Source: Strigamia acuminata (Eukaryota). Taken from it: a DNA stretch of 64,000 nt. Below the pieces are notes generated by a model that had not been told where the DNA came from, searched no databases, and worked only from the letters and a program-made list of their open reading frames with translations. Shown piece by piece: positions 1 through 12,601 of the stretch. A program made the position numbers and the translations under genes. Positions within the stretch are counted from its first letter, which is position 1. Each line of letters begins with the position of its first letter. The DNA lies in the NCBI GenBank assembly GCA_949358305.1, contig OX442314.1, positions 25,296,001 to 25,360,000 of the forward strand. The letters are read 5' to 3'.

Positions 1-899
1 TATAATACACAAGGATCTAGCTTCTCATTGGCTGAAGCCTAATCTGTAGACCCATGTGTGAGTGTGAATGCACCTTCTTCAGCACTTAAACCAAGCCAAA
101 CTTCTTGGAACAAGGAAGCAGCAAAATGATGTTTTTTGAAAAATCGTTCATTCTAAGAAATTTAATTTTCTAGAATTTCAGCTCATACTAAAAAATTACT
201 ATAAAATTTTTTTAAAAAATGTTTAATATCTTCTATTCTGATTTTTTATTGCTTTCTTTAATGAATAGGTGTCATTTAAGGTAAATAGAAGCATCGGATT
301 ACTCAGCTTTTATCGATGTTAGATGATATATTTAAAGATGCTTGTCTAGTCAGTTTCGCTACTGAAATAAAGTGATGACTCAAGCCTTTGATGCCGTCTG
401 CTGTTTTACTATTTTTGTTTATCACATAAAGATGTTTGGTTTATTTTCAATTTGTTTTGTGTTGCAATAATGGTGTACACGTTTGCATTGTTTGAAAGCA
501 TGGGATCCGGAATGGTAAGATGTGTATTTGTATTTGAGCTGAAATGCGAAGATTTGGTTTTGGTTTGTTTGATTTTTCTCGAATGTTTTACGTGTTGCTA
601 TTAAGTGATGCATTCAAGCATTTCGCTTCGCTTGTTTATTTATAGGCTCACGTTGTTGCCGCTTTTGAACAGTCTCTTTCAAATATGACATGCCGCCTAC
701 AAACTTTGACTGCCAATGCTGAGCAGAAAGTAAATTACATTGCTTTTCCATTTCTATTTCGTGTGATTGTGTTTGTGTATGATTGTGGGGTTTGTCTGCT
801 TGTTTTTTAATAATTTTTTTGTGTTGGTAGTGTAATTTCATGTTTTTTTTTTTTTTTTTTTAATTTTTTTTGGTTTCAAATTTATTGGTTTCGAAAAAG

Positions 900-3800
900 G
901 ACTGCGAGTTGGACGAACTGCGTTCGACCATAGATTCTCTGCGCAAAAGAAGTGTTGACGCTGGACTGAATCCGACACATTTCCAAAGTACGCCCCATCT
1001 TACACCTCACTTAGTCCGAAGGCATACATTTAACAGTAGTAAAGATTCTGGTGAGATCAACTAACAAACTAAAATATATTTTGATGTTTTGTGGTGTGGT
1101 GTCTTGGAATAATCCTACTGAACTGTTTTTGCATGTTTTTTATTGTTTTTGTTTTTATTTTTATTTTTTTATTTTTTTATTTTTGGAAAAATATGGAACA
1201 TATTTGTATATACCGTAAATGGTCTCATTTGAGCAACTGAAACGTGCAAAAATGAATTTTAAGGCGTAAAATGCACTATTTATGTGCAAAATCTATTTTA
1301 ATTATTTAATCTGGGTGTTCTATGAGAGTATTTACGATGTATATTTTTTTAATAACATTTTTAAAATTTTTTTTTATATATTATATTGCAGCAGTTCTAC
1401 AGGAACACCGTATTAGTCGTCAGTTATCAACTGACAGTATGTCGAGCATTAATAGTGCATCAAGCGCGTGCAGTGTTGCGAGTCAGACAAGCGGTAATTC
1501 GCAAAAAAGTAGCGACGCTTTTAATTTGAAAAAGAAGAAAAAGAAGGGTTGGGTAAGCGAATTAAAAAAAATATTTTTTTTGTTTTAAAGTTTAAATAAG
1601 TTTTATTGAAGTTAAATGTTTAATTTTTTGATTGAAATAGTTGAGAAGTTCGTTCAGCAAGGCTTTTTCAAGAAGTAAGAAAAATAAGAATGGTTCAGTA
1701 TCGGATGTCGAAGATTTACGCCAGCTGCAGTCTGTTCCTAATTCTCCCTTGCTCAATTCGTCACACGCGGCCAACGGACAAGGGATGAAAGTGTCTCATT
1801 CATCATCAGCGTGAGTGAATTTAAGGACCCTTAAAGTCAAAAAATACAAAAAAAAAAAAAATTTAGTTTTAAAATAACTTTTCTTTGTATTTTTCAATTT
1901 TTTCAATTTTTTTTTTTTTAGTATTTATGATAAAAATGAGGAAGTTCCTGAGGTTCAAGAATTGCAGAAGCAATTACGCGAGAAAGATATGGTGTTGACG
2001 GATATTCGATTGGAGGCGTTGTCTTCGGCCCATCAGCTCGAATCGTTGAAGGAAACTGTAACTAAAATGAAGGTATAATTTTTGTCGTGCATATTTTTAT
2101 GTACTTTGATCGATATTTATATATTTTATTACTTTGACAGTCGGAAATGAATAATTTAAAACACGATAACGAACGGCTTCAAAAGCTCGTTTCGACTAAA
2201 TCGTTAACGTCGTCGCAGAGTTCGTTGCAAATAACAGACTCGCTCGACCATCGGTTAAGTGCATCTGAAATGTCAGCCCCATCGAGTGTTGGTGAGACTT
2301 TGGAAATATGTTTTATAAATTTTTTTTTTTTTCTAATATGTATAATTTTTTTTTTTTTATAAAGATTTGTTGCTTGCTGACGCAGCAGATAAAAGTGGGA
2401 AGAAAGTTTCAATTTCGGTCTTGCTGGGTTGTCATGGCATTTATGAGAAATACATGAAGTCGGTTGAAGGTCAGCAAGTTGCAGAGATAATTATTGGAGG
2501 CATTTACATTAGCGGTAAAACAAAGTGGGATTTATTGGATTCTGCTGTCAGGAGAATTTTCAAGGTAATCAATTTTATTTTTATATTTGTTAATATATTT
2601 TTTTTTAAATATTTTAATATATAAATTTTTTTTAAAGGAATATGTGTTGAGGGTCGATCCAGTCTCGAATTTAGGCTTAAATGCTGAGAGCGTAATTAGT
2701 TACCATATTGGTGAAGTTACACGTTCGAAAGGTCGATTTGATTGATATAATTATATTATATATTTTATTTTAATTTTAAATTTAATTTTAGATTCTGACA
2801 TTCCCGATTTGCTACCGTGTGGTTACATAATAGGCAACGATGCGAATATTCGCATAGTTTTGAAAGGGACTAAACAAAATAGCGTGGATGCGTTGGCATT
2901 TGAAACACTCATACCGAAATCGATAATTCAAAGGTACATTTCTCTGCTTTCGGAACACCGGAGAATTATTTTGTGTGGACCCAGTGGAACTGGGAAGACA
3001 TATTTGGCAGAGCGATTGTCTGAGTTTTTGGTGTTGAGGTGAGAATGAAAAAAATTTTTTTTTTTAATTTAAAATTTGAATAATTTTTAATTTTGTGATC
3101 AGGTCTGGTAAGGATTTAACACCGGGAGTTATAGCTACGTTTAGTGTCGATCATAAATCGGCTAAGGAGCTTAGACAATACTTATCGAATGTAGCGGAAC
3201 AGTGCGAAAGCAGCAATCCATCAGAATTACCAAGTGTAATCATATTGGATAATTTACATCACGTGGGTTCACTTGGTGAGGTATTCAATGGATTTCTTAA
3301 TGCCAAATATCAAAAGTGGTATGTTTTGTTTGTCACTACGGTTTTAGTGATTTTATTTGTATTATATAGGTTTTTCTTTTTCTTGTAGTCCTTATATTAT
3401 TGGAACAATGAATCAAACCACATGTTCAACTACAAATTTACAACTCCACCATAATTTTAGGTTGGTTTTACTACAAATAAGGCTCACTGCTCTCACATCT
3501 TTTAAGTCCTTTATAAATATTTTAGAAACCCAGTCGAAATCTTGTAAATCTTTTAGAAACCTATTATAAATCTTGTATATCTTTTAGAAACCCATTATAA
3601 ATCTTGTAAATCTTTTAGAAACCCATTATAAATCTTGTAAATCTTTTAGAAACCCAGTAGAAATCTTGTAAATTTTTTAGAAACCCCGTAGAAATCTTGT
3701 AAATCTTTTAGAAACCCAGTAGAAATCTTATAATCTTTTAGAACCCAGTATAAATTTTGTAAATCTTTTAGAAATCCATTAGAAATCTTGTAAATCTTTT

Positions 3801-6800
3801 AGAACCTTATTAGAAATCTTGTAATTGTAAATCAATTAGAAATCCGTTAAAACCCGTGTAATTTGCTTAGAAATTCGTTAAAGCCCCTGTAAATTAATTA
3901 GAAATCCGTTAAAACCCTTGTAATTTGCTTAGAAATTCGTTAAAGCCCTTGTAAATTAATTAGAAATCCGTTAAAATCTTTGTAAATCAATTAGAAATCC
4001 GTTAAAACCCTTGTACCGTACTGCCTCGATTTAACGCCGGTCGTATCTAAACGCCGGCTCCTGATTAAGCGCCGGGCAAACTGAGGACGAAATGGCAATA
4101 AACGCCGGCCTTAAATGAACGCCGGGTTTGTTTAAACGCCGGGTTGAAACGTTTTTTAAACGTTTTGAGAGGTCTTTTGGTCGAAACATCGAAGAATAGC
4201 TAGCAATGAGTGGCTTTCCAATTTTTTTTTTCGGGTAGACGCCCGGCGCGAATAATCGCCGGGCTTTGAATGAACGCCGGGGGGGTCAACTAGAAAAAAT
4301 GAATAAACGCCCCGGCGTTAAATCGAGGCAGTACGGTAAATCAATTAGAAATGCGTTAAAACCCGTTTAAACCGATTAGAAATCCGTTAAAATCTTTGTA
4401 AATCAATAAGAAATCCGTTAAAACCCTTGCAAATCGACTAGAAATCCGTTAAAACCCTTGCAAATCAACTAGAAATCCATTATCCATTATTTTTGTAATG
4501 TTGCCTATGCTGTCAGAAATGAAATTCTACATGTAACCCTCTAGGTGGATATTATGTGCCAATCACATGGAGCCAGTAAAGGGATTTTTAGGTCGGTATT
4601 TGCGAAGGAAGTTGATCGAGCACGAGGTGACGTCGGCAGAAAGCAACAACGACCTGACCAAAGTAGTGGACTGGATGTCCAAAGTGTGGCAGCACCTCAA
4701 CAAGTTCCTAGAAACTCACAGTTCGTCAGATGTGACAATAGGTAAAATCTAATAAATTTAAATTAAATTAAAATCAATTTTGAATTTTGAATTTTGAATT
4801 TTGAATTTTGAATGGCATTTTACAGGGCCTAGACTCTTCTTGTCTTGTCCCAACGATATATCTTCGTCCCAAGTATGGTTTACCGATTTATGGAATTACT
4901 CCGTAGTGCCTTATTTACTCGATGCTATTAGGGAAGGTTTACAGGTAAAGAGATTTACACTGAGCTGGTGTGATTTGACGCGAGTTAATGTGGTTTGCAA
5001 TATTGTGTTGTAGTTATACGGTAGAAGAGCACCATGGGAAGATCCTGCTGCTTGGGTTTTGGAATCATATCCTTGGCCTCCAGGATCGCCCCCGTCAGAT
5101 TGGCCATCTCTTCTGCGGTTACGGCCAGAAGATGTTGGTTATGATGGAAATTTGGGACCAAGCTCTGGCAATCCGAAATCTGCTCACGGGACTGGCAACG
5201 AAACTGATCCATTGGTAGAATACTCATTTTGAACCACGTGCATTTAAAGCTTCTGTTTTTGACTGGTTTTCGTATTTCCCTAAACAGAATGGGCACCTAA
5301 AACACCCTCACAATTTTTTAGTGTTCTCGATCAATTTAGACATTTATTTTAGTCATTTTGTTCAACACAGATATTGAATTCAGTCATTTTTGGTCAATTT
5401 AGACATTGAATTCAGTCATTTTTGGTCAATTTAGACATTGAATTCAGTCATTTTTGGTCAATTTAGACATTGAATTCAGTCATTTTTGGTCAATTTAGAC
5501 ATTGAATTCAGTCATTTTTGGTCAATTTAGACATTGAATTCAGTCATTTTTGGTCAATTTAGACATTGAATTCAGTCATTTTTGGTCAATTTAGACATTG
5601 AATTCAGTCATTTTTGGTCAATTTAGACATTGAATTCAGTCATTTTTGGTCAATTTAGACATTGAATTCAGTCATTTTTGGTCAATTTAGACATTGAATT
5701 CAGTCATTTTTGGTCAATTTAGACATTGAATTCAGTCATTTTTGGTCAATTTAGACATTGAATTCAGTCATTTTTGGTCAATTTAGACATTGAATTCAGT
5801 CATTTTTGGTCAATTTAGACATTGAATTCAGTCATTTTTGGTCAATTTAGACATTGAATTCAGTCATTTTTGGTCAATTTAGACATTGAATTCAGTCATT
5901 TTTGGTCAATTTAGACATTGAATTCAGTCATTTTTGGTCAATTTAGACATTGAATTCAGTCATTTTTGGTCAATTTAGACATTGAATTCAGTCATTTTTG
6001 GTCAATTTAGACATTGAATTCAGTCATTTTTGGTCAATTTAGACATTGAATTCAGTCATTTTTGGTCAATTTAGACATTGAATTCAGTCATTTTTGGTCA
6101 ATTTAGACATTGAATTCAGTCATTTTTGGTCAATTTAGACATTGAATTCAGTCATTTTTGGTCAATTTAGACATTGAATTCAGTCATTTTTGGTCAATTT
6201 AGACATTGAATTCAGTCATTTTTGGTCAATTTAGACATTGAATTCAGTCATTTTTGGTCAATTTAGACATTGAATTCAGTCATTTTTGGTCAATTTAGAC
6301 ATTGAATTCAGTCATTTTTGGTCAATTTAGACATTGAATTCAGTCATTTTTGGTCAATTTAGACATTGAATTCAGTCATTTTTGGTCAATTTAGACATTG
6401 AATTCAGTCATTTTTGGTCAATTTAGACATTGAATTCAGTCATTTTTGGTCAATTTAGACATTGAATTCAGTCATTTTTGGTCAATTTAGACATTGAATT
6501 CAGTCATTTTTGGTCAATTTAGACATTGAATTCAGTCATTTTTGGTCAATTTAGACATTGAATTCAGTCATTTTTGGTCAATTTAGACATTGAATTCAGT
6601 CATTTTTGGTCAATTTAGACATTGAATTCAGTCATTTTTGGTCAATTTAGACATTGAATTCAGTCATTTTTGGTCAATTTAGACATTGAATTCAGTCATT
6701 TTTGGTCAATTTAGACATTGAATTCAGTCATTTTTGGTCAATTTAGACATTGAATTCAGTCATTTTTGGTCAATTTAGACATTGAATTCAGTCATTTTTG

Positions 6801-7407
6801 GTCAATTTAGACATTGAATTCAGTCATTTTTGGTCAATTTAGACATTGAATTCAGTCATTTTTGGTCAATTTAGACATTGAATTCAGTCATTTTTGGTCA
6901 ATTTAGACATTGAATTCAGTCATTTTTGGTCAATTTAGACATTGAATTCAGTCATTTTTGGTCAATTTAGACATTGAATTCAGTCATTTTTGGTCAATTT
7001 AGACATTGAATTCAGTCATTTTTGGTCAATTTAGACATTGAATTCAGTCATTTTTGGTCAATTTAGACATTGAATTCAGTCATTTTTGGTCAATTTAGAC
7101 ATTGAATTCAGTCATTTTTGGTCAATTTAGACATTGAATTCAGTCATTTTTGGTCAATTTAGACATTGAATTCAGTCATTTTAATTGTCAAGAAATCCAA
7201 AAAACAGTAACTCTGAATGCACTGTTGTAATTACATTTGGGTGATTGGTTAATTTGAATGGTTTTTCTTCAGCTCAGCATGCTGATGCGTCTCCAAGAGG
7301 CGGCCAGTTATTCCAGTCCACAGAGTAACGACAGTGATAGTGTTAGTGTCGATAGTAGTAGTTTACAAACCGATGAAACTTGTAGTGGTGTAGAGTCAAC
7401 TATGTAG
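900..7407 (+). CDS. NAV2: Neuron navigator (NAV2/unc-53/sickie family), 3' portion; 5' exons lie upstream of the window
   Basis: Phase-consistent GT-AG exons at 900-1050, 1392(or 1395)-1552, 1641-1810, 1922-2072, 2141-2291, 2365-2564, 2638-2731, 2792-3038, 3103-3318, 3389-3460, 4545-4741, 4826-4944, 5014-5214 and 7273-7407. The translation contains KKKKGWLRSSFSKAF, LREKDMVLTDIRLEALSSAHQL, the AAA Walker A GPSGTGKT, VIILDNLH, GPRLFLSCP and the C-terminus DPLLSMLMRLQEAASYSSPQSNDSDS...VESTM*. AATAAA lies near 7632. Confidence 0.95.
3500..4470. repeat. Degenerate ~31-bp intronic minisatellite
   Basis: Units such as aaatcttgtaaatcttttagaaacccattat grade into aaaacccttgtaaatcaattagaaatccgtt. The array is interrupted by a MITE at 4016-4336. 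Confidence 0.9.
4016..4336. mobile_element. Non-autonomous Tc1/mariner-superfamily (Tc2/pogo-like) MITE, 321 bp
   Basis: 25-bp perfect TIR CCGTACTGCCTCGATTTAACGCCGG, with TA at 4014-4015 and 4337-4338. Removing the element and one TA regenerates a normal minisatellite unit (aaaacccttgTAaatcaattagaaat). Internal aacgccgg repeats. Confidence 0.9.
5372..7182. repeat. Homogeneous 32-bp tandem repeat, ~56 copies, in the last NAV intron
   Basis: Unit agacattgaattcagtcatttttggtcaattt. The line pattern recurs exactly every 480 nt (15 x 32), and I saw no internal variants. Confidence 0.98.
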
Positions 7408-8364
7408 TTATTGTAAAATACATGTTCATATTGCATACAGTATGCTTCTGAGGCATTGTATCAAGCGTTTGGATCAATATATTTCGTAGCAAGTGTTTTT
7501 CTTTTCTTTGATGAAAGATTTTGAGCTATGCATAAAAAAGCCTTTTCTGACATACTGTATTTTATATGCTGCCGCTTTTTGATTTTTATATGAATACAAT
7601 ATTTGAAGGAGAAGAAAAAAGTGTTTTATATAATAAAATAATAATAAATATATTGTTTGAATATTAATTTGAAGGATGTTTTTACAGGTTTACTGCACAG
7701 AATGACATGCAGACATAAAAAATAGGAGATTTAAATGGATTTAAATGGATTCAATTGGTTAAATACATTTTAAACAATTGTATAATCAAAATAAATCTCA
7801 TGAAACAATTATAGGATCGGAGAAATCAAAAGAAACCGATTATAAGTTGAGCTTTGAATGCTCTAATTGCCCTTTGCTTGTAGAAAATGGTCTAGATACA
7901 TGTTCTGGCTGAATGAAGTAGAATTTAATTTCCTGTCTTAAAGTTAGAAAAACTGAACCTATCGGACCATGAATACATTCATTTGGTCAACATAAGAAAA
8001 TACGTGCATTTTTATACAGTCTACAGTTGATTTTGTTAGTTATAATTAAAAAAATTACATATTAGATGAAAACTGCTCACATTTGAGGCATTTTTTGGTG
8101 TATCTGGTAACACGAGTCGATCGCATTCGTTGCACAATGGAAAAAATTACTGGCAATTGGTAATTACGTGTTGAACATTCGGCAAATAATTTTTACCAAT
8201 TTCTAACTGCTAGCAACTGCTAGCAAAGGACACACGAGAGCAATTCTTACACCAAGTTGTTGATCATTTTTTGTTTGATTTTACAAGTAAGTAATGTCGG
8301 ATGATGTGATATTTATGGTAAGTTTTTGTTATTAACTTGTTACCTGTATAATTTGACTATTAGA

Positions 8365-8691
8365 ATGAAGATTATGTTGGTCACATTGGTGAGTTTAGTT
8401 GTTTTTATGCAGTTATCAGATGCGGTGCGTTATTTCGATGAGGATTTCACGCATTTGGACAAAGATATCAGGTTGAAGCGTTGTCGCACCATCATTTTTG
8501 ATTGTTTTGCAAAATGTTTCCACTTTCATCAGAAAGATGAGACTGTGGAGAAAGAAACTTGTTTTGGCCAATGCTATGATGTTGGAAAATTCCATCCATT
8601 TGGTTGTTGTAAGTTAACTTGTTTTATTTCCAATTTCTGCTGGCAGCTTTAACAGGTGTTTACCTTGCTTTTAGTTTTAAAAACTATGTAA
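8365..8691 (+). CDS. Secreted six-cysteine peptide precursor A (family unassigned)
   Basis: ATG 8365 follows an acceptor (upstream donor GTAAGT at 8287). Signal peptide MKIMLVTLVSLVVFMQLSDA, a short propeptide, KR, then C-x6-C-x3-C-x14-C-x3-C-x10-C. Donor GTAAGT at 8609; probable last exon 8675-8691 (FLKTM*), which is uncertain. Paralogous to the gene at 9249. Confidence 0.8.
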
Positions 8692-9248
8692 TCTTCATTA
8701 ATAATTTTACAAAAATATTAAATTAAAATAACAAAGTGTGAGATTTTATACATACAGCTAAAGCAGTGAAGATTTGCCCAATTAAAAAATTTATTTATAG
8801 ATAAATATTTTTTGCAATATTTCAAACATTTTTATTTTCATTCCAGTGCAACAAATTAAAACTATTTTTTTTCTACTTTTTTAGTGGATCTTACTAAGAG
8901 AAGTTGAAGTTATTGTAAAGAAAACTCTGTAAAACAAATGTAACTAAATAAAAATACTAATTTGTAGCAATAAAATAACAATCGGGAAATCGCGCTTATG
9001 CATGTCGTTTGTATTACGTAACTCTTAACACTTCTCAATATATTAGGGGTGCACCGAAAATAAACTCAAATTTTATTTCTAAAAACTTGTGGTAATAATC
9101 CCACACTGCGAAACAGCATCGATTTTCTTACTGCACCGAGATCCATACTCTGTTCACCTTTTAGTTTTCACCCCGACGCCATCTTAGTCCTGCAATGCAG
9201 TGTTGTTTTCCCTAACTCGCTGTCGATTGATGATCGGGAGACAATAAT

Positions 9249-9549
9249 ATGAGGATTTTACTCGTGATTTTGTTGTGCCTAATTATTCTTCAGATGTCTC
9301 GCGCCAATGATTTGCTACATCTAGAAACCGAAGAGAGAATTCGTAGTTGTCGAGAAATTGTTTTGAAATGTTTTGAAGAATGTCACGGATATTATTATCA
9401 AGAAGACAACGTCGAAAGAGAAAGTTGTTTTTCCCTTTGTTATGATTCGGGCAAATTTCATCTCATGGGATGCAGTGCGTAATTATTTGATTCACATTTT
9501 GATTCGAAGTAATGTTTTCTTTTCATTTTCAGCGGACGTGGTTAACTGA
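9249..9549 (+). CDS. Secreted six-cysteine peptide precursor B (paralog of A)
   Basis: Signal peptide MRILLVILLCLIILQMSRA. Same Cys spacing as A and a shared VE[KR]E[TS]CFxxCYDxGKFHxxGC motif. Candidate donor at 9475 (same position and phase as in A) and strong acceptor ttttcattttcag at 9532, giving TDVVN*. Confidence 0.8.
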
Positions 9550-11234
9550 TCATCATCGCGATGGTGTGATCAACATATTACACAGCTTTTTATTTTTATT
9601 ACTAGTTTAAAATGATTATTGATTTTTAAAACAATCGAGAGAATATTTATAGTGTAGTAAGGAAGAAATGAATTGTTACTTTTAGCTTGTTATTTATTTG
9701 TATTGGTTGAAAATTCACACATCCACACCAAGTTACATCATTTTGGAACAAATCTTTTGGAGCACATGTAGTCATAGTTGAGCTATTAAATATTCCAATG
9801 TTTCAAAGGTAACGAAAATTAATAAACTGAAAATAAAATATGCAATTAATACATTTCTTACGAATGATAATTTTTTTTTCCAGCTCCTCCATACTTGTTT
9901 CAATTCACATCTTCGTGTTATGTTAAACCAATGGGATATGCAGCAAAGCTCCAGGGGCAAAACATGTCAAATATGAAAAAATGTCAACATCAGTCAATAA
10001 ATCTTGTTTAAAAAGGTTTAGAATATGTGTCTGTTGGGTTTTAAAATTATTAAAGCTGCACAACTACCAAAAAAAAAAATCTGTACAACACGTGTACGGA
10101 AAACAAAGAGATGTAAGTGCATGGTTACTTTATTTAACGGTAATTGTTTTGAAAATATAGTTACTATATTATGGCTAAAACGCATTATATCAGTAGGCCA
10201 CATTCTAACCTCAATTTTCATTACAAGGTCCATGCTCTGTTGTCCTTGAATCTCAAATTTAATCCGCACGCACCAAACAAACAAAAAAACAGAACGTTGG
10301 TAATTCTGATGTAACACTTTTACCTATTTCATATCTTCCAATTCTAATGTAAGTCAGGTACTCGGATTGTGTCACAATTTAACACGCATCTACAGAATAT
10401 TATACGAAATTGATTTTCTTCTAAATTAAATGAATTTATAACAGCAGCAAAGCAATTTTATTTTTATCCAATTTGTTTTAGAATTGTTATTATTTTCAAT
10501 TCAATATTATTAAATACGAACCCGAAAGTGCGTAATTACTTGCAAATTCATCCCATTTCTTGAGAAACATTTGTTTTTTCACTTGCACTCGGATTAAAGA
10601 TATTAAAAATATCAAAGATATTTATTATTTTTTAATATCAAATCTATTATGACTGCGTCTACTTCGTTTATAATACTTCAACCCTTTGAGCCTTTGTTCA
10701 CATCAAATTCAAAATGTGCAACTTTTGTGATAACACGATTGTATAATAAACGATACAATTCAAAAAATGCTAATAATTTGATACAACCTGCACAATGCCC
10801 TGCACGAATTTTTTTCACGCATGTCACATGTCTATTTTGAAGGATACAAAACTATAACATTTCCAATACTTAGAATCAGTCCACTGTTTGTTTACTTCTC
10901 CATCTTTTTGTTTTTGCTTTGTTTGCTAACTGGTTTACTCGAAACTATCAAGTTTTCTTCTCACATTTTAGCAATTCTTTTTTATCTATTTCAATTAATT
11001 TATCTTTCTTCAAGTTCACTCGCACTCTGTGCATTTTTCAGCTTTAAAAGGTCGTGTGCAAGTGCAAGTGCAACCAACACAGTTCACTGGATGCGCGCGC
11101 ACAGGTGGGAAAAGCAAAGCAAAGCAAACAGCCAAGAGTTCTGGGTACCTACAAACATTTCTTTTGCACTTTGACCAACCAGTGTTTCCTTAATTGCATA
11201 AAAAGCAGTTGCACAAGCGTCTTTGACATTCAAA

Positions 11235-12601
11235 ATGAAGTTTTGGAACACGTGCGTTTTAAGCTTGCTTGTGCTTGTGGTAATCGCGTTGGCTGCAGGT
11301 TCCAAGAACAAGGTTCGTCTCTGTGGCAAACGGCTCAGTGATATGATTCAGGTGGTCTGCAAGGGCAAATATCACAGCAACTTCGTGCGAAAAAGAAGAG
11401 GTAAAGATATGAGATGAAATGATGTGTTGTAAAATTATTTATCATGGGGTTTGTTAGAATTATTACCGGTAATTTTAATAAATTACGTGTCAAGTGTGCA
11501 CTGTATTCGACGTAATCTCACCGGGTGGCCTCTAAAAACTGATGTTTAGAATTTTTTTAAACAGAAAATAGTATTTGATTTGATTTGATTTCTAGTCTGT
11601 ATTTACCTAGTTGTAAACTTTTTAATGATTGATCAAGGTTTAGTCTCAATTAAACAGAATGGTGATTGATCATTAACATTTAACATCATTCCCATTGAAT
11701 GCAACGTATAAATGTTATGTTGCCGTGGATTGCAGCAAAGTTAACTTGGGAGTAAAAGATAAACAACGGAGAATATTTCGATTTTTTTTTGTTTTTGCCA
11801 TTTAAATTTTTATATCTAATGTAATTTCCTCACTTCAACTTTGGATGAATTGTTTTTAACTAGAATAATTGGTTCTAATCGTCCAGTGGGAAAAATACAA
11901 CTCCAAGAATAATAAAATTAGTCAGTCTAAACAAGCACAGCTGGATGAAAGTGTGCTGCCATAAGGAATATGATATAATTGAACACAAGAGTAAGAAAGA
12001 TCGTCTTGCATCTTGGAATTAGTAGCGTGTAAAAAGAAAATACGGGTTTTAGGTTTTATTCACTGGTATTAGTAAAGGAAATGCATTTTTTCAAATTTAC
12101 AGATGTGAGACCTTTCGATTTCAAATTCGATCAAGTCATCAACAGGGTGCGGAGGCAACTCATAGTTGGCGAATGTTGTAGAAGTGCATGTGCACTTGCG
12201 ACGTTGAAAACATACTGTCATTCAAACAACGACAATGTTAGGAAAGATGAGGAGATATTTCACGAGTACTCCAAAAAACATCAGCCGTTATCAAACAACG
12301 ACAATGACAGGAAAGATGAGGAGATATTTCACGAGTACTCCAAAAAACATCAGCCGTTATCAAACAATCTGCAAAGAGAAACGGATCAAGTGGTAAGATG
12401 TAAATCTCAATATTTAAAATTGCTGTTTTACTAAATTTCGATTTAATTCAGCAAAATGATGAACCACCGCGAGAAATTAGGCCTTCTACGTTCATCTCTA
12501 ATGAAGTGGTAAAAGGCGCGCCGAATTATGAAAACTTTGCTTACCATGAATACCAAAACCTGCACAAAGGAAAATTAGTGTGGGGGAATTATTACGATTG
12601 A
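11235..12601 (+). CDS. Insulin-like peptide with C-terminal extension (arthropod IGF-like)
   Basis: Exons 11235-11400, 12103-12392 and 12452-12601. Signal peptide; B chain RLCGKRLSDMIQVVC; RKRR; short C-peptide; RVRR; A chain IVGECCRSACALATLKTYC (CC-x3-C-x8-C); then a tail of about 105 aa. Confidence 0.92.
12222..12367 (+). repeat. 69-bp (23-aa) in-frame tandem duplication in the IGF-like tail
   Basis: SNNDN[V/D]RKDEEIFHEYSKKHQPL occurs twice (12222-12290 and 12291-12359) plus a partial third start. The two copies differ at only one codon. Confidence 0.95.

Noticed and set aside
422..841. Minus-strand ORFs of 63 and 75 aa
   Set aside because: Low-complexity reverse translations of T/G-rich NAV intron sequence.
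5372..7182. CRISPR-like array (32-bp repeat)
   Set aside because: The repeats are contiguous with no spacers, there are no cas genes, and the context is a eukaryotic intron.
8609..8652. Unspliced Cys-rich tail CCKLTCFISNFCWQL of peptide A
   Set aside because: It begins at a consensus GTAAGT donor that matches the intron position in paralog B, so it is probably intronic.
10888..10895. FOXO site TTGTTTAC upstream of the IGF-like gene
   Set aside because: Biologically plausible, but a single 8-mer in AT-rich DNA is expected by chance.
9772..11180. Several 60-117-aa ORFs between peptide B and the IGF-like gene, and a possible relaxin/dilp7 gene
   Set aside because: No signal-plus-Cys framework or splice-consistent model; no insulin A or B chain motif was found.
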